Shown here: piece by piece, positions 50,845 to 62,520 of the stretch | Layout of the letters: each line of letters starts with the position of its first letter | How positions within the stretch are numbered: the stretch's first letter is position 1 | Source: Macrostomum lignano | Taxonomy: Eukaryota | NCBI GenBank assembly: GCA_002269645.1 | Contig: NIVC01001077.1 | Span: 124,001-188,000 of the forward strand | DNA: 64,000 nt | Reading direction: 5' to 3' | Notes under the pieces: generated by a model | Database searches by the model: none | The model's input: the letters and a program-made list of their open reading frames with translations, nothing else | What the model was told of the DNA's origin: nothing | Position numbers and translations under genes: made by a program

Positions 50845-53800
50845 CTAGAGTCTCTCTGACCCATCGGCAATGTGCCCAATCACCATGACGATGTCACAGC
50901 TGGCCATGGGGTCGGACACTGGCCGGCGCTCAAGCACGGCGCTGCGGCCGGCAAAACCGAGGAACCGGTACACGTGGGACTGGTCCGTCACGTCTTGAAC
51001 CACCTCGCCTGTCTGCCAGGCTCGGGCCTGCAAATTTGGGAAAATCGGGCTAGAAATAGGATCTGGGAAGAGGGCGATTAGGGTGGGATCTGGGAAATGG
51101 GAGGCCGCGTAAGGGATCTAAGAAAGGGGAGATTAAGGTGGGAGCTGAGAATGAGATAGGATCTGAGAATGAGATAGGATCTGAGAATGAGATAGGATCT
51201 GAGAATGAGATAGGATCTGAGAATGAGATAGGATCTGAGAATGAGATACGATCTGAGAATGAGATAGGATCTGAGAATGAGATAGGATCTGAAAATGAGA
51301 TAGGATCTGAGAATGAGATAGGATCTGAGAATGAGATAGGATCTGAGAATGAGATAGGATCTGAGAATGAGATAGGATCTGAGAATGAGATAGGATCTGA
51401 GAATGAGATAGGATCTGAGAATGATATAGGATCTGAGAATGAGATAGGATCTGAGAATGAGATAGGATCTGAGAATGAGATACGATCTGAGAATGAGATA
51501 GGATCTGAGAATGAGATAGGATCTGAGAATGAGATAGGATCTGAGAATGAGATACGATCTGAGAATGAGATAGGATCTGAGAATGAGATAGGATCTGAGA
51601 ATGAGATATGATCTGAGAATGAGATAGGATCTGAGAATGATATAGGATCTGAGAATGAGATAGGATCTGAGAATGATATAGGATCTGAGAATGAGATAGG
51701 ATCTGAGAATGAGATACGATCTGAGAATGAGATACGATCTGAGAATGAGATACGATCTGAGAATGAGATACGATCTGAGAATGAGATACGATCTGAGAAT
51801 GAGATAGGATCTGAGAATGAGATAGGATCTGAGAATGAGATACGATCTGAGAATGAGATAGGATCTGAGAATGAGATATGATCTGAGAATGAGATATGAT
51901 CTGAGAATGAGATAGGATCTGAGAATGATATAGGATCTGAGAATGAGATAGGATCTGAGAATGATATAGGATCTGAGAATGAGATACGATCTGAGAATGA
52001 GATAGGATCTGAGAATGAGATAGGATCTGAGAATGAGATACGATCTGAGAATGAGATAGGATCTGAGAATGATATAGGATCTGAGAATGAGATAGGATCT
52101 GAGAATGAGATAGGATCTGAGAATGATATAGGATCTGAGAATGAGATAGGATCTGAGAATGAGATAGGATCTGAGAATGAGATACGATCTGAGAATGAGA
52201 TACGATCTGAGAATGAAATAGGATCTGAGAATGAGATAGGATCTAAGAATGATATAGGATCTGAGAATGATATAGGATCTGAGAATGAGATAGGATCTGA
52301 GAATGAGATAGGATCTGAGAATGAGATACGATCTGAGAATGAGATAGGATCTGAGAATGAGATAGGATCTGAAAATGAGATAGGATCTGAGAATGAGATA
52401 GGATCTGAGAATGATATAGGATCTGAGGAAGAGATAGGATCTGAAAATGAGATAGGATCTGAGAATGAGATGGGATCTGAGAATGAGATGGGATCTGAGA
52501 ATGAGATGGGATCTCAGAATGAAATGGGATTTGAGAAAGAGATGGGATCTGAGAATGAAATGGGATTTGAGAAAGAGATGGGATCTGAGAATGAGATGGG
52601 ATCTGAGAATGAAATGGGATTTGAGAAAGAGATGGGATCTGAGAATGTAGTGCTGAGCAGGGTCCGCACCTGAAATCCGTGACAGTGAAAAGCCAGCAGA
52701 CTGTCGGCAAGCGGCTGTGCGGCCTCAACAACAAACGGAAACTCGATACGGCCGTCAGCAGCCTCGGAGGAGTCGCCGAAGCTGCATGCGCGGCCGGTGT
52801 CCAGACGGTGCAAAATGGCCAGACGGCCGTGGCAGAGCAGCACGCTGCGAGAGCCCAGCTGTTCAAGGTGCACCAGGCCGAGCTCCTCCAGGTTTAGATG
52901 GCCATAACCAGGATGAATTCGACGGTAGCCCAGATCGGGCACTGGCAGCAGCTGTATATCACAATCGGCTCGTTCAAATTCTAGCAGGTGAAACCTCACT
53001 ATACTACTGCTGCTGCTGCTATCAGTAGCCAGTAAAGAATTGCTGCCCATAGCGCCAAGGCAGGCGAACGGCAGCTCCTTATCGGGCCGGGTTAGCAGTT
53101 CCAGCGTGAGCAGCGGCTGCGGCATCTCAGCTGGCCGGACCAGTCGGCACGGATTGAACCTCCGCCTGCCGGGATCCCAGCGGAGCAGCACGACGGAGTC
53201 AGGCAGGGCGCAGACCAGCCAGCGCTGCCCAGTGGCCGGGTGGCAGCGCGCAGCCGCCCGGATGCAGCCTTTGGTGCTGGGCACCTTGGCAACCGCAGCT
53301 GACCTGGCCCGGCCCAGCAGCAGTCGAGGCTGCTTGGACTGCTGCTGACTGATCAGGGCCGGCAGGTCCAACCGGTACAGGCGGGGGTGCCGGCCGCAGG
53401 CTGCGGTCACCACATCGCGATACACATCCAGCCAGATGCAGCGCATTGGCAGCAGCTGCACCATGACGGACTCGTGCAGCTGGCTGAGGCTCATGCAGTA
53501 CAGGCCCTCGTTAGCGCCTAGCAGAAGAAGCGAGTCATCATCTTGGCCGGCGCCTCCGCTGCCATTCCACCTGGCGCAGCAGTTGATCTTCAGCGGGCAG
53601 GTGTCGAACAGTTGCACCAGGCCGGCGCCCATCCACGGCACCGACGAATGCGGGGAGGCGGGAGGTGCGGCGGGCGACGTACGGGGCGGCGGAGGCCGGG
53701 AAGGCGGAGCGACCTAACGGGACGTGCGAAGGAAAATTAGTGCAGTTAGTGCATTGTGTACTGCAGGGTGTTCGTTTAGTCGGCATCAACCTTATTTACT

Positions 53801-56800
53801 CAGCATCTTCTGTCCCATCATCTACTCAGCATTATCTGCCTCATTATCTACTCAGCATCTTCTGTCCCATCATCTACTCAGCATATTCTGCCCGAAATCA
53901 TACCGAAAACCTGCTTTGTTTCCGGAATCAATTTTTAAACATATAAAGCATCGAAGTCATTCAATAAAGCTCCTACTAAGAGTAGTAAATAACAGCAGGG
54001 TCTAATCTCCCCACCCTTACAGGTTTCCGCCGCAGAGGCTGGTGAACAGACGGGCTGAAATTCGGTTTCTCCTGCGATTTCGGCGCCTGCGCTGGTGAAT
54101 TATCGGTAATACTGGATGTAGCTTGGTTGCTAGGCAACTGCTGTTGTTGCTGAGGCGGCGGCGTTCGCAACGGCGGAGGCTGCGGATGAGGCTGCCTAGG
54201 CGACTGTCTAGCCGGCATCTGCAGCAGGTGTTGAACATTGGCCCGGCGTTGAGAGCAGACGTCTTGAAATTCGCGCAGCAATGCAACCGTCAGGTGCTCG
54301 CCAAGACCGGGTGCGGCAATGAACTGGTGCTGCAGCAGCTGCGCGGCAGAGGACCGGTGCCTGCAGATGATGAAGAGTAGATGCGGCAGATGATGCAGAG
54401 TAGATGGGGCAGATATGAAGATGATGAGTAGATAGGGTAGATGATGCAGAGTAGATAGGGCAGATAGGGCAGATGATGCTGAGTAGATGGGGCAGATGAT
54501 GCTGAGTAGATGGGGCAGATGATGCTGAGTAGATGGGGCAGATGATGCTGAGTATAGATGGGGCAGATGATGCCGAGTAGATGGGGCAGATGATGCCGAG
54601 TAGATGGGGCAGATGATGCCGAGTCGATGGGGCAGATGATGCTGAGTAGATGGGGCAGATGATGCTGAGTAGATGGGGCAGATGATGCTGAGTATAGATA
54701 GGGCAGATGATGCCGAGTAGATGGGGCAGATGATGCCGAGTAGATGGGGCAGATGATGCCGAGTCGATGGGGCAGATGATGCCGAGTAGATGGGGCAGAT
54801 ATGAAGATGATGAGTAGATGGGGCAGATGATGCTGAGTATAGATGGGGCAGATGATGCCGAGTAGATGGGGCAGATGATGCCGAGTAGATGGGGCAGATG
54901 ATGCCGAGTAGATGGGGCAGATGATTCCGAGTCGATGGGGCAGATGATGCCGAGTAGATGGGGCAGATATGAAGATGATGAGTAGATGGGGCAGATGATG
55001 CTGAGTATAGATGGGGCAGATGATGCCGAGTAGATGGGGCAGATGATGCCGAGTAGATGGGGCAGATGATGCCGAGTAGATGGGGCAGATGATGCCGAGT
55101 CGATGGGGCAGATGATGCCGAGTAGATGGGGCAGATATGAAGATGATGAGTAGATGGGGCAGATGATGCTGAGTATAGATGGGGCAGATGATGCCGAGTA
55201 GATGGGGCAGATGATGCCGAGTAGATGGGGCAGATGATGCCGAGTAGATGGGGCAGATATGAAGATGATGAGTAGATAGGGCAGATTGTGCTGAGTAGAT
55301 AGGGCAGATGTTAATGAGACCATGCTTCAAGAAACTCAGCGCCAAATCACCTGGGATTCAGCCGCAGCGCAGCGCACAGGAAGCTGTGAAAGCTTTCAGT
55401 CCAGGCGGCCCGGCGGCGCAAAGTGGGCTGGCGGTAGCCGCGGCTGGCGATGGCCTGCAGGGCCTTCATCGGTGGCAGGCTGAACAAGGGCGGCTCCAGT
55501 TCGGCCAACTCGATGGCGGTGATGCCTACCGACCAGACGTCGCAGAGCTCGTTGTAGCCGCCGGTCCGTCTGACATCCGCCACCTGCAGCCAAGTAAGTT
55601 AAGAGGCGCTGGGTAGATTTAGGGAGTCAGCTGCCGCTCTGGGTAGGTTTAGGGAGTTATCTGCCGCTCTGGGTAGGTTTAGGGAGTTATCTGCCGCTCT
55701 GGGTAGGTTTGGGGAGTTATCTGCCGCTCTGGGTAGGTTTAGGGAGTTATCTGCCGCTCTAGGTAGGTTTAGGGAGTTATCTGCCGCTCTAGGTAGGTTT
55801 AGGGAGTTATCTGCCGCTCTGGGTAGGTTTAGGGAGTTATCTGCCGCTCTGGGTAGGTTTAGGGAGTTATCTGCCGCTCTGGGTAGGTTTAGGGAGTCAG
55901 CTGCCGCTCTGGGTAGGTTTAGGGAGTCAGCTGCCGCTCTGGGTAGGTTTAGGGAGTCAGCTGCCGCTCTGGGTAGGTTTAGGGAGTCAGCTGCCGCTCT
56001 GGGTAGGTTTAGGGAGTCAGCTGCCGCTCTGGGTAGGTTTCAGCGACCATCTACTTAGATCAGATAGGTTCCACGAAGATTGTCAATGCAAAGTACAGCG
56101 AGTTATGTACCTCAGGTGCCATCCAATAAGGCGTGCCAATAAAGGACATCCGTTTGCCAAGTGTAGCAGTAATCTGGGCGGCAATGCCAAAGTCGGCCAG
56201 CTTAACCGCGCCCTCCATAGTTAACAATATATTGGCTCCTTTGATGTCGCGGTGCAGCCGGTGCAGGCTGTGCATGTGCGCCAGGGCACGCAGGGACTCC
56301 CGACAAACAAAAGCGATGACGGATTCTTTAAGGGCTGTCTGGGTGACATTGTAAATGTCTTGCAGGGACTTGCCACCACAGTACTCCATGGCCATCCATA
56401 GGCACAGCTGTCGGGGTGCGCGGATCTCGCTGGACAAGGATTGTTGGCAGCAAGAGTTTCTCTTTTGAGGCTTTGAATGGGATTATTGACATTTTCTGAC
56501 CAATCCCAATTATTGGGGGGATTCTGAGATCTGCACATTTTCTCATCCCAATTATTAGGGAGATTCTGTGAGATCTGCACATTTTATCATCCCAATTATT
56601 AGGGAGATTCTGTGAGATCTGCACATTTTCTCATCCCAATTATTAGGGAGATTCTGTGAGATCTGCACATTTTATCATCCCAATTACTGGGGAGATTCTG
56701 AGATCTACACATTTTCTCATCCCAATTATTGGAGAGATTCTGAGATCTGCACATTTTCTCATCCCAATTATTGGAGAGATTCTGAGATCTGCACATTTTC

Positions 56801-57982
56801 TCATCCCAATTATTGGAGAGATTCTGAGATCTGCACATTTTCTCATCCCAATTATTAGGGAGATTCTGTGAGATCTGCACATTTTCTCATCCCAATTATT
56901 GGAGAGATTCTGTGAGATCTGCACATTTTCTCATCCCAATTATTAGGGAGATTCTGTGAGATCTGCACATTTTATCATCCCAATTACTAGGGAGATTCTG
57001 AGATCTACACATTTTCTCATCCCAATTATTGGAGAGATTCTGAGATCTGCACATTTTCTCATCCCAATTATTGGAGAGATTCTGAGATCTGCACATTTTC
57101 TCATCCCAATTATTGGAGAGATTCTGAGATCTGCACATTTTCTCATCCCAATTATTGGAGAGATTCTGTGAGATCTGCACATTTTCTCATCCCAATTATT
57201 AGGGAGATTCTGTGAGATCTGCACATTTTCTCATCCCAATTATTGGGGAGATTCTGAGATTTGCACATTTTCTCATCCCAATTATTGGGGAGATTTTGAG
57301 ATCTGCACATTTTCTCATCCCAATTATTGGAGAGATTCTGAGATCCAAACATTTTTCTTATTCCAATTATTGGGGACATTCTATAAGATCTACATTTCTT
57401 ATCCCATCCAAATTATTAGGAAGATTCTGTAAGATCAATAATTTTTATCATTATAATCATTAGGTAACAACTTAAGTTAAATTAATAAACTCACGTAAGA
57501 AATGCTCCATAGAATTGGACAATATTGGCATGTTGACAATCTTTTAATGCATATAACTCAGCTAATATATTCTTTAAATCATCTTTGGGCTCAATTTTTA
57601 CACACTTTAGTGCTGCAATACCATCAGTTGATAGATTCTGCACCTAAAATATTTTAAATAATAATAGTTTGCTAAAAATCAATTATTTTTTAATACAAAG
57701 AATACAAGTTAAAATATTGATTTAAATAACAAAGTTAATATCAAGTAATATGATCCCAGAATTCTCTTTTAAAAACTAGTTTAATACTATTCTACTTATA
57801 CATTGGGGACTTTACTTTACCTTATATACATGTCCATATGTTCCACTTCCTACTTCCTTGATATTCCGGTAGAACTCCCAAGGATCATAGCCTTTAATTA
57901 CACTAAATAGCTCTGGGTGTGCACGAAAAATTGAACTTCGAGATAAATTATTCTGCTTAACAGCTGGTCCACTGGGTTGCAT
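50845..57982 (-). CDS. MAP4K3: GCK-I family STE20 kinase with C-terminal CNH domain (MAP4K3/MAP4K5/happyhour-like); exons 57821..57982, 57495..57643, 56111..56429, 55351..55583, 54021..54360, 52670..53713, 50845..51027; about 809 aa
   Basis: Kinase motifs [64 protein letters not shown] motifs [38 protein letters not shown] and terminal [24 protein letters not shown]. All six introns are GT-AG with consistent phases (total 2430 nt). The exact vertebrate paralogue is not resolvable. Confidence 0.92.
51115..52648. repeat. 18-bp minisatellite filling MAP4K intron 6, about 85 copies
   Basis: GGATCTGAGAATGAGATA. Confidence 0.97.
53790..53890. repeat. Short 26-bp repeat in MAP4K intron 5, reverse-complementary to the intron 4 array
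   Basis: TACTCAGCATCTTCTGTCCCATCATC x about 3.7. Confidence 0.85.
54363..55315. repeat. 23/25-bp minisatellite filling MAP4K intron 4
   Basis: GATGATGC(C/T)GAGTAGATGGGGCA units with periodic GATATGAAGATGATGAG variants. Confidence 0.96.
55612..56040. repeat. 30-bp minisatellite filling MAP4K intron 3
   Basis: GGGAGT(TAT/CAG)CTGCCGCTCTGGGTAGGTTTA, about 14 copies. Confidence 0.97.
56495..57400. repeat. 42/44-bp minisatellite in MAP4K intron 2 with a 300-bp higher-order duplication
   Basis: ATCCCAATTATTGGAGAGATTCTG(TG)AGATCTGCACATTTTCTC; 56641-56880 is approximately repeated at 56941-57180. Confidence 0.96.
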
Positions 57983-58283
57983 GCTGAAATTTAAAAGAGT
58001 AAAGTTTAAATTAAGAAGAATGACTAATTAATCAGCATATTGGACTTTGTAGGCATTTGGCACTAGCCGTGTTAGTTAGCAATAAGCCAATAGTACCTAT
58101 ACAAAGTGTGTTCAAGTTAAAGTAGTACATTAAACTACATTACAATAATTTAGACCTGGGGTGTTCTAATAATCAATTTAAATAGTGCAGTGCAGTATGC
58201 AGCATCTATCTCCATCTGTACGCATGATAACAAGGCATTAGACTCGCGTATGTGAAGTTGGGAACACACTTTTCATGCTTTTT

Positions 58284-58289
58284 ACTTAC
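58284..58289 (-). other. Splice donor of a probable non-coding first exon of MAP4K
   Basis: Perfect GTAAGT donor on the minus strand, pairing with the acceptor TTTCAG|CATG located one base before the MAP4K start codon (57984-57985). Confidence 0.45.
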
Positions 58290-58461
58290 GAGTACATTAC
58301 AAGGAAATAAAGGCCGGCGCTTTTTACAGGAAAACTTATTCAATTGAATTTAATGCTTTACGCGAAATAACTCAGCAGTCGAGTTCGTTAATTATCGCTG
58401 AAACAAGCAAAATTATTTTATTTATTTTTAGTTGTCTTGTAAGTCATAAGGCTTACTTAAG

Positions 58462-58825
58462 GGGGAGTTAGCTTAGAGGTCAAGCACGGCGCAGTTATGT
58501 GCCAGCGGCCCGGGCTCGATTCCAGATGCAGTCACATTTTATTATTCACGGCGAAATTGGAATCTCGGCTTGGGTCTGCTCGTGCAATTAACGCCCTTGA
58601 GTGCCAACCCCAACACTGAAGTGTACATACCTAACGATAAATAAAGTCAGGTTAAGACTGCTGTACAGTGCGTGCCTGTGCGTATGACTGCGTACATATC
58701 CACGCGCTTTGCCTGTGAAGGGAGTCGGCGGAATGATGGGCAGTAATATATGCCTAGCTAGCCACCGGTTGTGTGACAATGTCGCTTAAAGTGCGTCAGG
58801 GCACACAGCCCTGCCTCTAATGAAA
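58462..58825 (+). mobile_element. tRNA-derived SINE family 2, copy c, with 14-bp TSD (upstream of MAP4K)
   Basis: Same head, body and tail as copy b. Perfect TSD AAGGCTTACTTAAG at 58448-58461 and 58826-58839. Confidence 0.9.
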
Positions 58826-60049
58826 AAGGCTTACTTAAGCTTTAGGACAGGTCTTAATGTATATATTTTAGGCACATTTAATCACAGCTTCAACTGCTCA
58901 AACAATGTACGATGCTAACAAAAGAAAAGAATTCTTTCGACCAAATGTCTGTAACTATCTCTTTTTTTAATTTCATGTACATTTTAGAGCTTGGAAGATC
59001 AGCGGACAATTTTTAATTTTCACTTTTACCATTTGATTTGGCCAGATTTTTAATTGATATTCGCGTGACTATTTTGACTATTTGGATATGCACATGATTG
59101 CATGAAGCTCCACATGTATATTAAAACAGCATTAGATTCGAGGCTGCGGCGCGCAGAATAAATAATGCACGATTAAGTCAATATCGTTGAGTGGATGAAC
59201 ACAATTTTCTTGGCATGCACGAATCTCGCGTGCACGTCGCGGATTTGATCATCTGCGCATAGACGAGACTGCAGTCTCATGGTCTCTAGAGACTTGAGCA
59301 AATTATAATTATCGTATCTCAAGCGTCACTAAAACTTGAAGAGAAAAAACTGAATTCTAGGCTTTCTTGCATTTCCAAAATTTGTCAAACAAAATTAATT
59401 CACAATTGCGATATCGACAGAAATTAATAGTTACAGCACCAAGGACGACGGCCCATTAGCAAAAGCAATTAGTGGACCTGCATAATTTCTCCACAGGAAT
59501 ATTTCTTTCTCTCTTACGTTTCGAGTTTGCTTAATAGCTTTAATCCCAATTCTAACACACGCAAACAGTAGCCAACGGTTCTGGGCTTGAGAAACTCAGA
59601 ATTCAGACTGATTGGAGACTGGAATATTTATTTTAGCCCCACCCCGGTCTTGCATATACATGTATAGGCCTTGTACCAGAAGTAGGCGGAGCTGCTATTA
59701 GCAAACACGCTCCCGCGACAATCAACTTACCTGGGACAGTCCAGGCGAAATTTTGAGACCAAATATGGCTTCGCTTGTATAGCCTGTTTAACAGATTTTA
59801 GATACTTTCAAATTTCTCGACGAATTTCCGTTCGACCAGCAGCTAAATCAATCATCCGGAGACGGGAGCACTGAAAGCTGATGGCCCCAGGCTGAGACAG
59901 CTCAAATTCGGCTTGAATCAATATAGACAATTTCATAGAGATTATTGATTCGCAAATTTACCATCAATTAATTTATTCAGTTTCCAGTGAGTGTAAATTG
60001 TTCCTCGGAACAGCAAATTAATGCCTTTTTGTCAATTCCCCATCTTTAA

Positions 60050-61590
60050 CTCTGTTTCTCAACCCACAGTCCAGGATTTCCTATCTGTTTCTCAGTCCAC
60101 ACTTCCTGGATGTCCGATCTGTCTCTCACCCCAAAGTTCCAGGATGTCCGATCTGTCTCTCACCCCACAGTTCCAGGATGTCAGATCTGTCTCACACCAT
60201 AGTTCCAGGATGTCCGATCTGTCTCACACCATAGTTCCAGGATGTCCGATCTGTCTCTCACCCCACAGTTCCAGGATGTCCGATCTGTCTTTCACCCCAC
60301 AGTTCCAGGATGTCAGATCTGTCTCTCACCCCACAGTTCCAGGATTTCCGATCTGTCTCTCACCCCACAGTTCCAGGATGTCAGATCTGTCTCACACCAT
60401 AGTTCCAGGATGTCCGATCTGTCTCACACCATAGTTCCAGGATGTCCGATCTGTCTCTCACCCCACAGTTCCAGGATGTCCGATCTGTCTTTCACCCCAC
60501 AGTTCCAGGATGTCAGATCTGTCTCTCACCCACAGTTCCAGGATGTCCGATCTGTCTCTCACCCCACAGTTCCAGGATGTCAGATCTGTCTCACACCATA
60601 GTTCCAGGATGTCCGATCTGTCTCTCACCCCACAGTTCCAGGATGTCCGATCTGTCTTTCACCCCACAGTTCCAGGATGTCAGATCTGTCTCTCACCCAC
60701 AGTTCCAGGATGTCCGATCTGTCTCTCACCCCACAGTTCCAGGATGTCAGATCTGTCTCACACCATAGTTCCAGGATGTCCGATCTGTCTCTCACCCCAC
60801 AGTTCCAGGATGTCAGATCTGTCTCTCACCCCACAGTTCCAGGATGTCCGATCTGTCTCACACCATAGTTCCAGGATGTCCGATCTGTCTCTCACCCCAC
60901 AGTTCCAGGATGTCCGATCTGTCTTTCACCCCACAGTTCCAGGATGTCAGATCTGTCTCTCACCCACAGTTCCAGGATGTCCGATCTGTCTCTCACCCCA
61001 CAGTTCCAGGATGTCAGATCTGTCTCACACCATAGTTCCAGGATGTCCGATCTGTCTCTCACCCCACAGTTCCAGGATGTCAGATCTGTCTCTCACCCCA
61101 CAGTTCCAGGATGTCAGATCTGTCTCACACCATAGTTCCACGATGTCAGATTTGTCTCACACCACAGTTTCAGGATGTCAGATCTGTCTCACACCATAGT
61201 TCCAGGATGTCCGATCTGTCTCTCACCCCACAGTTCCAGGATGTCAGATCTGTCTCTCACCCCACAGTTCCAGGATGTCAGATCTGTCTCTCACCCACAG
61301 TTCCAGGATGTCCGATCTGTCTCTCACCCCACAGTTCCAGGATGTCAGATCTGTCTCACACCATAGTTCCAGGATGTCCGATCTGTCTCTCACCCCACAG
61401 TTCCAGGATGTCAGATCTGTCTCTCACCCCAAAGTTCCAGGATGTCAGATCTGTCTCTCACCCCACAGTTCCAGGATGTCAGATCTGTCTCACACCATAG
61501 TTCCACGATGTCAGATTTGTCTCACACCATAGTTCCAGGATGTCCGATCTGTCTCTCACCACAGTTCCAGGATGTCCGATCTGTCTCACC
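60050..61590. repeat. 33-35-bp minisatellite with about 167-bp higher-order period
   Basis: CCACAGTTCCAGGATGTC(C/A)GATCTGTCT(CT)CACC; identical translated ORFs begin at 60510 and 60677. Confidence 0.96.
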
Positions 61591-61914
61591 CTTCAGGTCT
61601 AAAGTACATGTGAGTGAATCACTTATTCATCCTGTAATTTTAAGTGCATTTCATGAGTTCACTTCAGTTTCCGCAGTATAATTTGATAAAATATTGGCAA
61701 CACAAACAAAGTTTTGTCTATGCAGACTCGATGAATAGATACGATTCTCTCAGGTGACATTATAGCAGGCCTTTTATTAATCGCATCTTGTATTTATTGT
61801 TCCAATCTCGAACAGACTCACAGCGGACCCCTAACAACTGTATTAGTGAAAATGTATCTCTCTCGTGTTAGGGAAAAACGCTCTATGATTTGTTGCCATT
61901 TCCTGCTATCTTCC

Positions 61915-62139
61915 TTAGTTGGCGGTCTCGCTGCCCAGGAAGCCGCTCTCAACGATTCGGCCGAACAGGGCGTAGGCCTCGCGGTAGGCCTCCTCGGGCA
62001 TGCCATCCAGGATCAGGTCAAGGATGCGGCCGTCTCGGGCGTATTCCATCACGAGAACCAGCTTGCGCAACTGCTGCTTGTTGAGGCCGACAGCGCTGGC
62101 GTACTCGCGGACGTTGAGTTGCTCTGCGGACGGGAACAT
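61915..62139 (-). CDS. Uncharacterised 74-aa GC3-rich ORF (possibly the last exon of a larger gene)
   Basis: MFPSAEQLNVREYASAVGLNKQQLRKLVLVMEYARDGRILDLILDGMPEEAYREAYALFGRIVESGFLGSETAN. Third positions are strongly G/C (cgc gag tac gcc, ctg atc ctg) against AT-rich flanks. No family recognised. Confidence 0.5.
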   Translation of the reverse strand: MFPSAEQLNVREYASAVGLNKQQLRKLVLVMEYARDGRILDLILDGMPEEAYREAYALFGRIVESGFLGSETAN

Positions 62140-62289
62140 GGTACTCGTAGAAGAGGTTTCTTGCACTGGCCACAAAAAAGGGACGGCTAGAAGGCTACTT
62201 AGCTGCTAAAGAGGTTTCTACCGTTTATTGTATTGCATTTTACTGGTAGAGACTTCGCTGTAATAGCGCATTCGACGGAGAGTTTCACA

Positions 62290-62520
62290 AGCTCGCAACT
62301 TCTCATCTCAAACTCAAACTTTCTCTAGCTTCAACTTCTCAAGCCCACAACTTCTCATCTCAAACTCAAACTTTCTCTAGCTTCCAACTTCTCAAGCTCG
62401 TAGCTTCACAAGCTTGCAACTTCACAAGCTTGCAACTTCACAAGTTTACAACTTCACAAGCTTGCAACTTCACAAGATTCGCAATTCACAAGATTGCAAC
62501 TTCACAAAATTGCAGCTTTG
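62290..62520. repeat. Degenerate 16-bp repeat
   Basis: CAAGCTTGCAACTTCA units. Confidence 0.75.
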
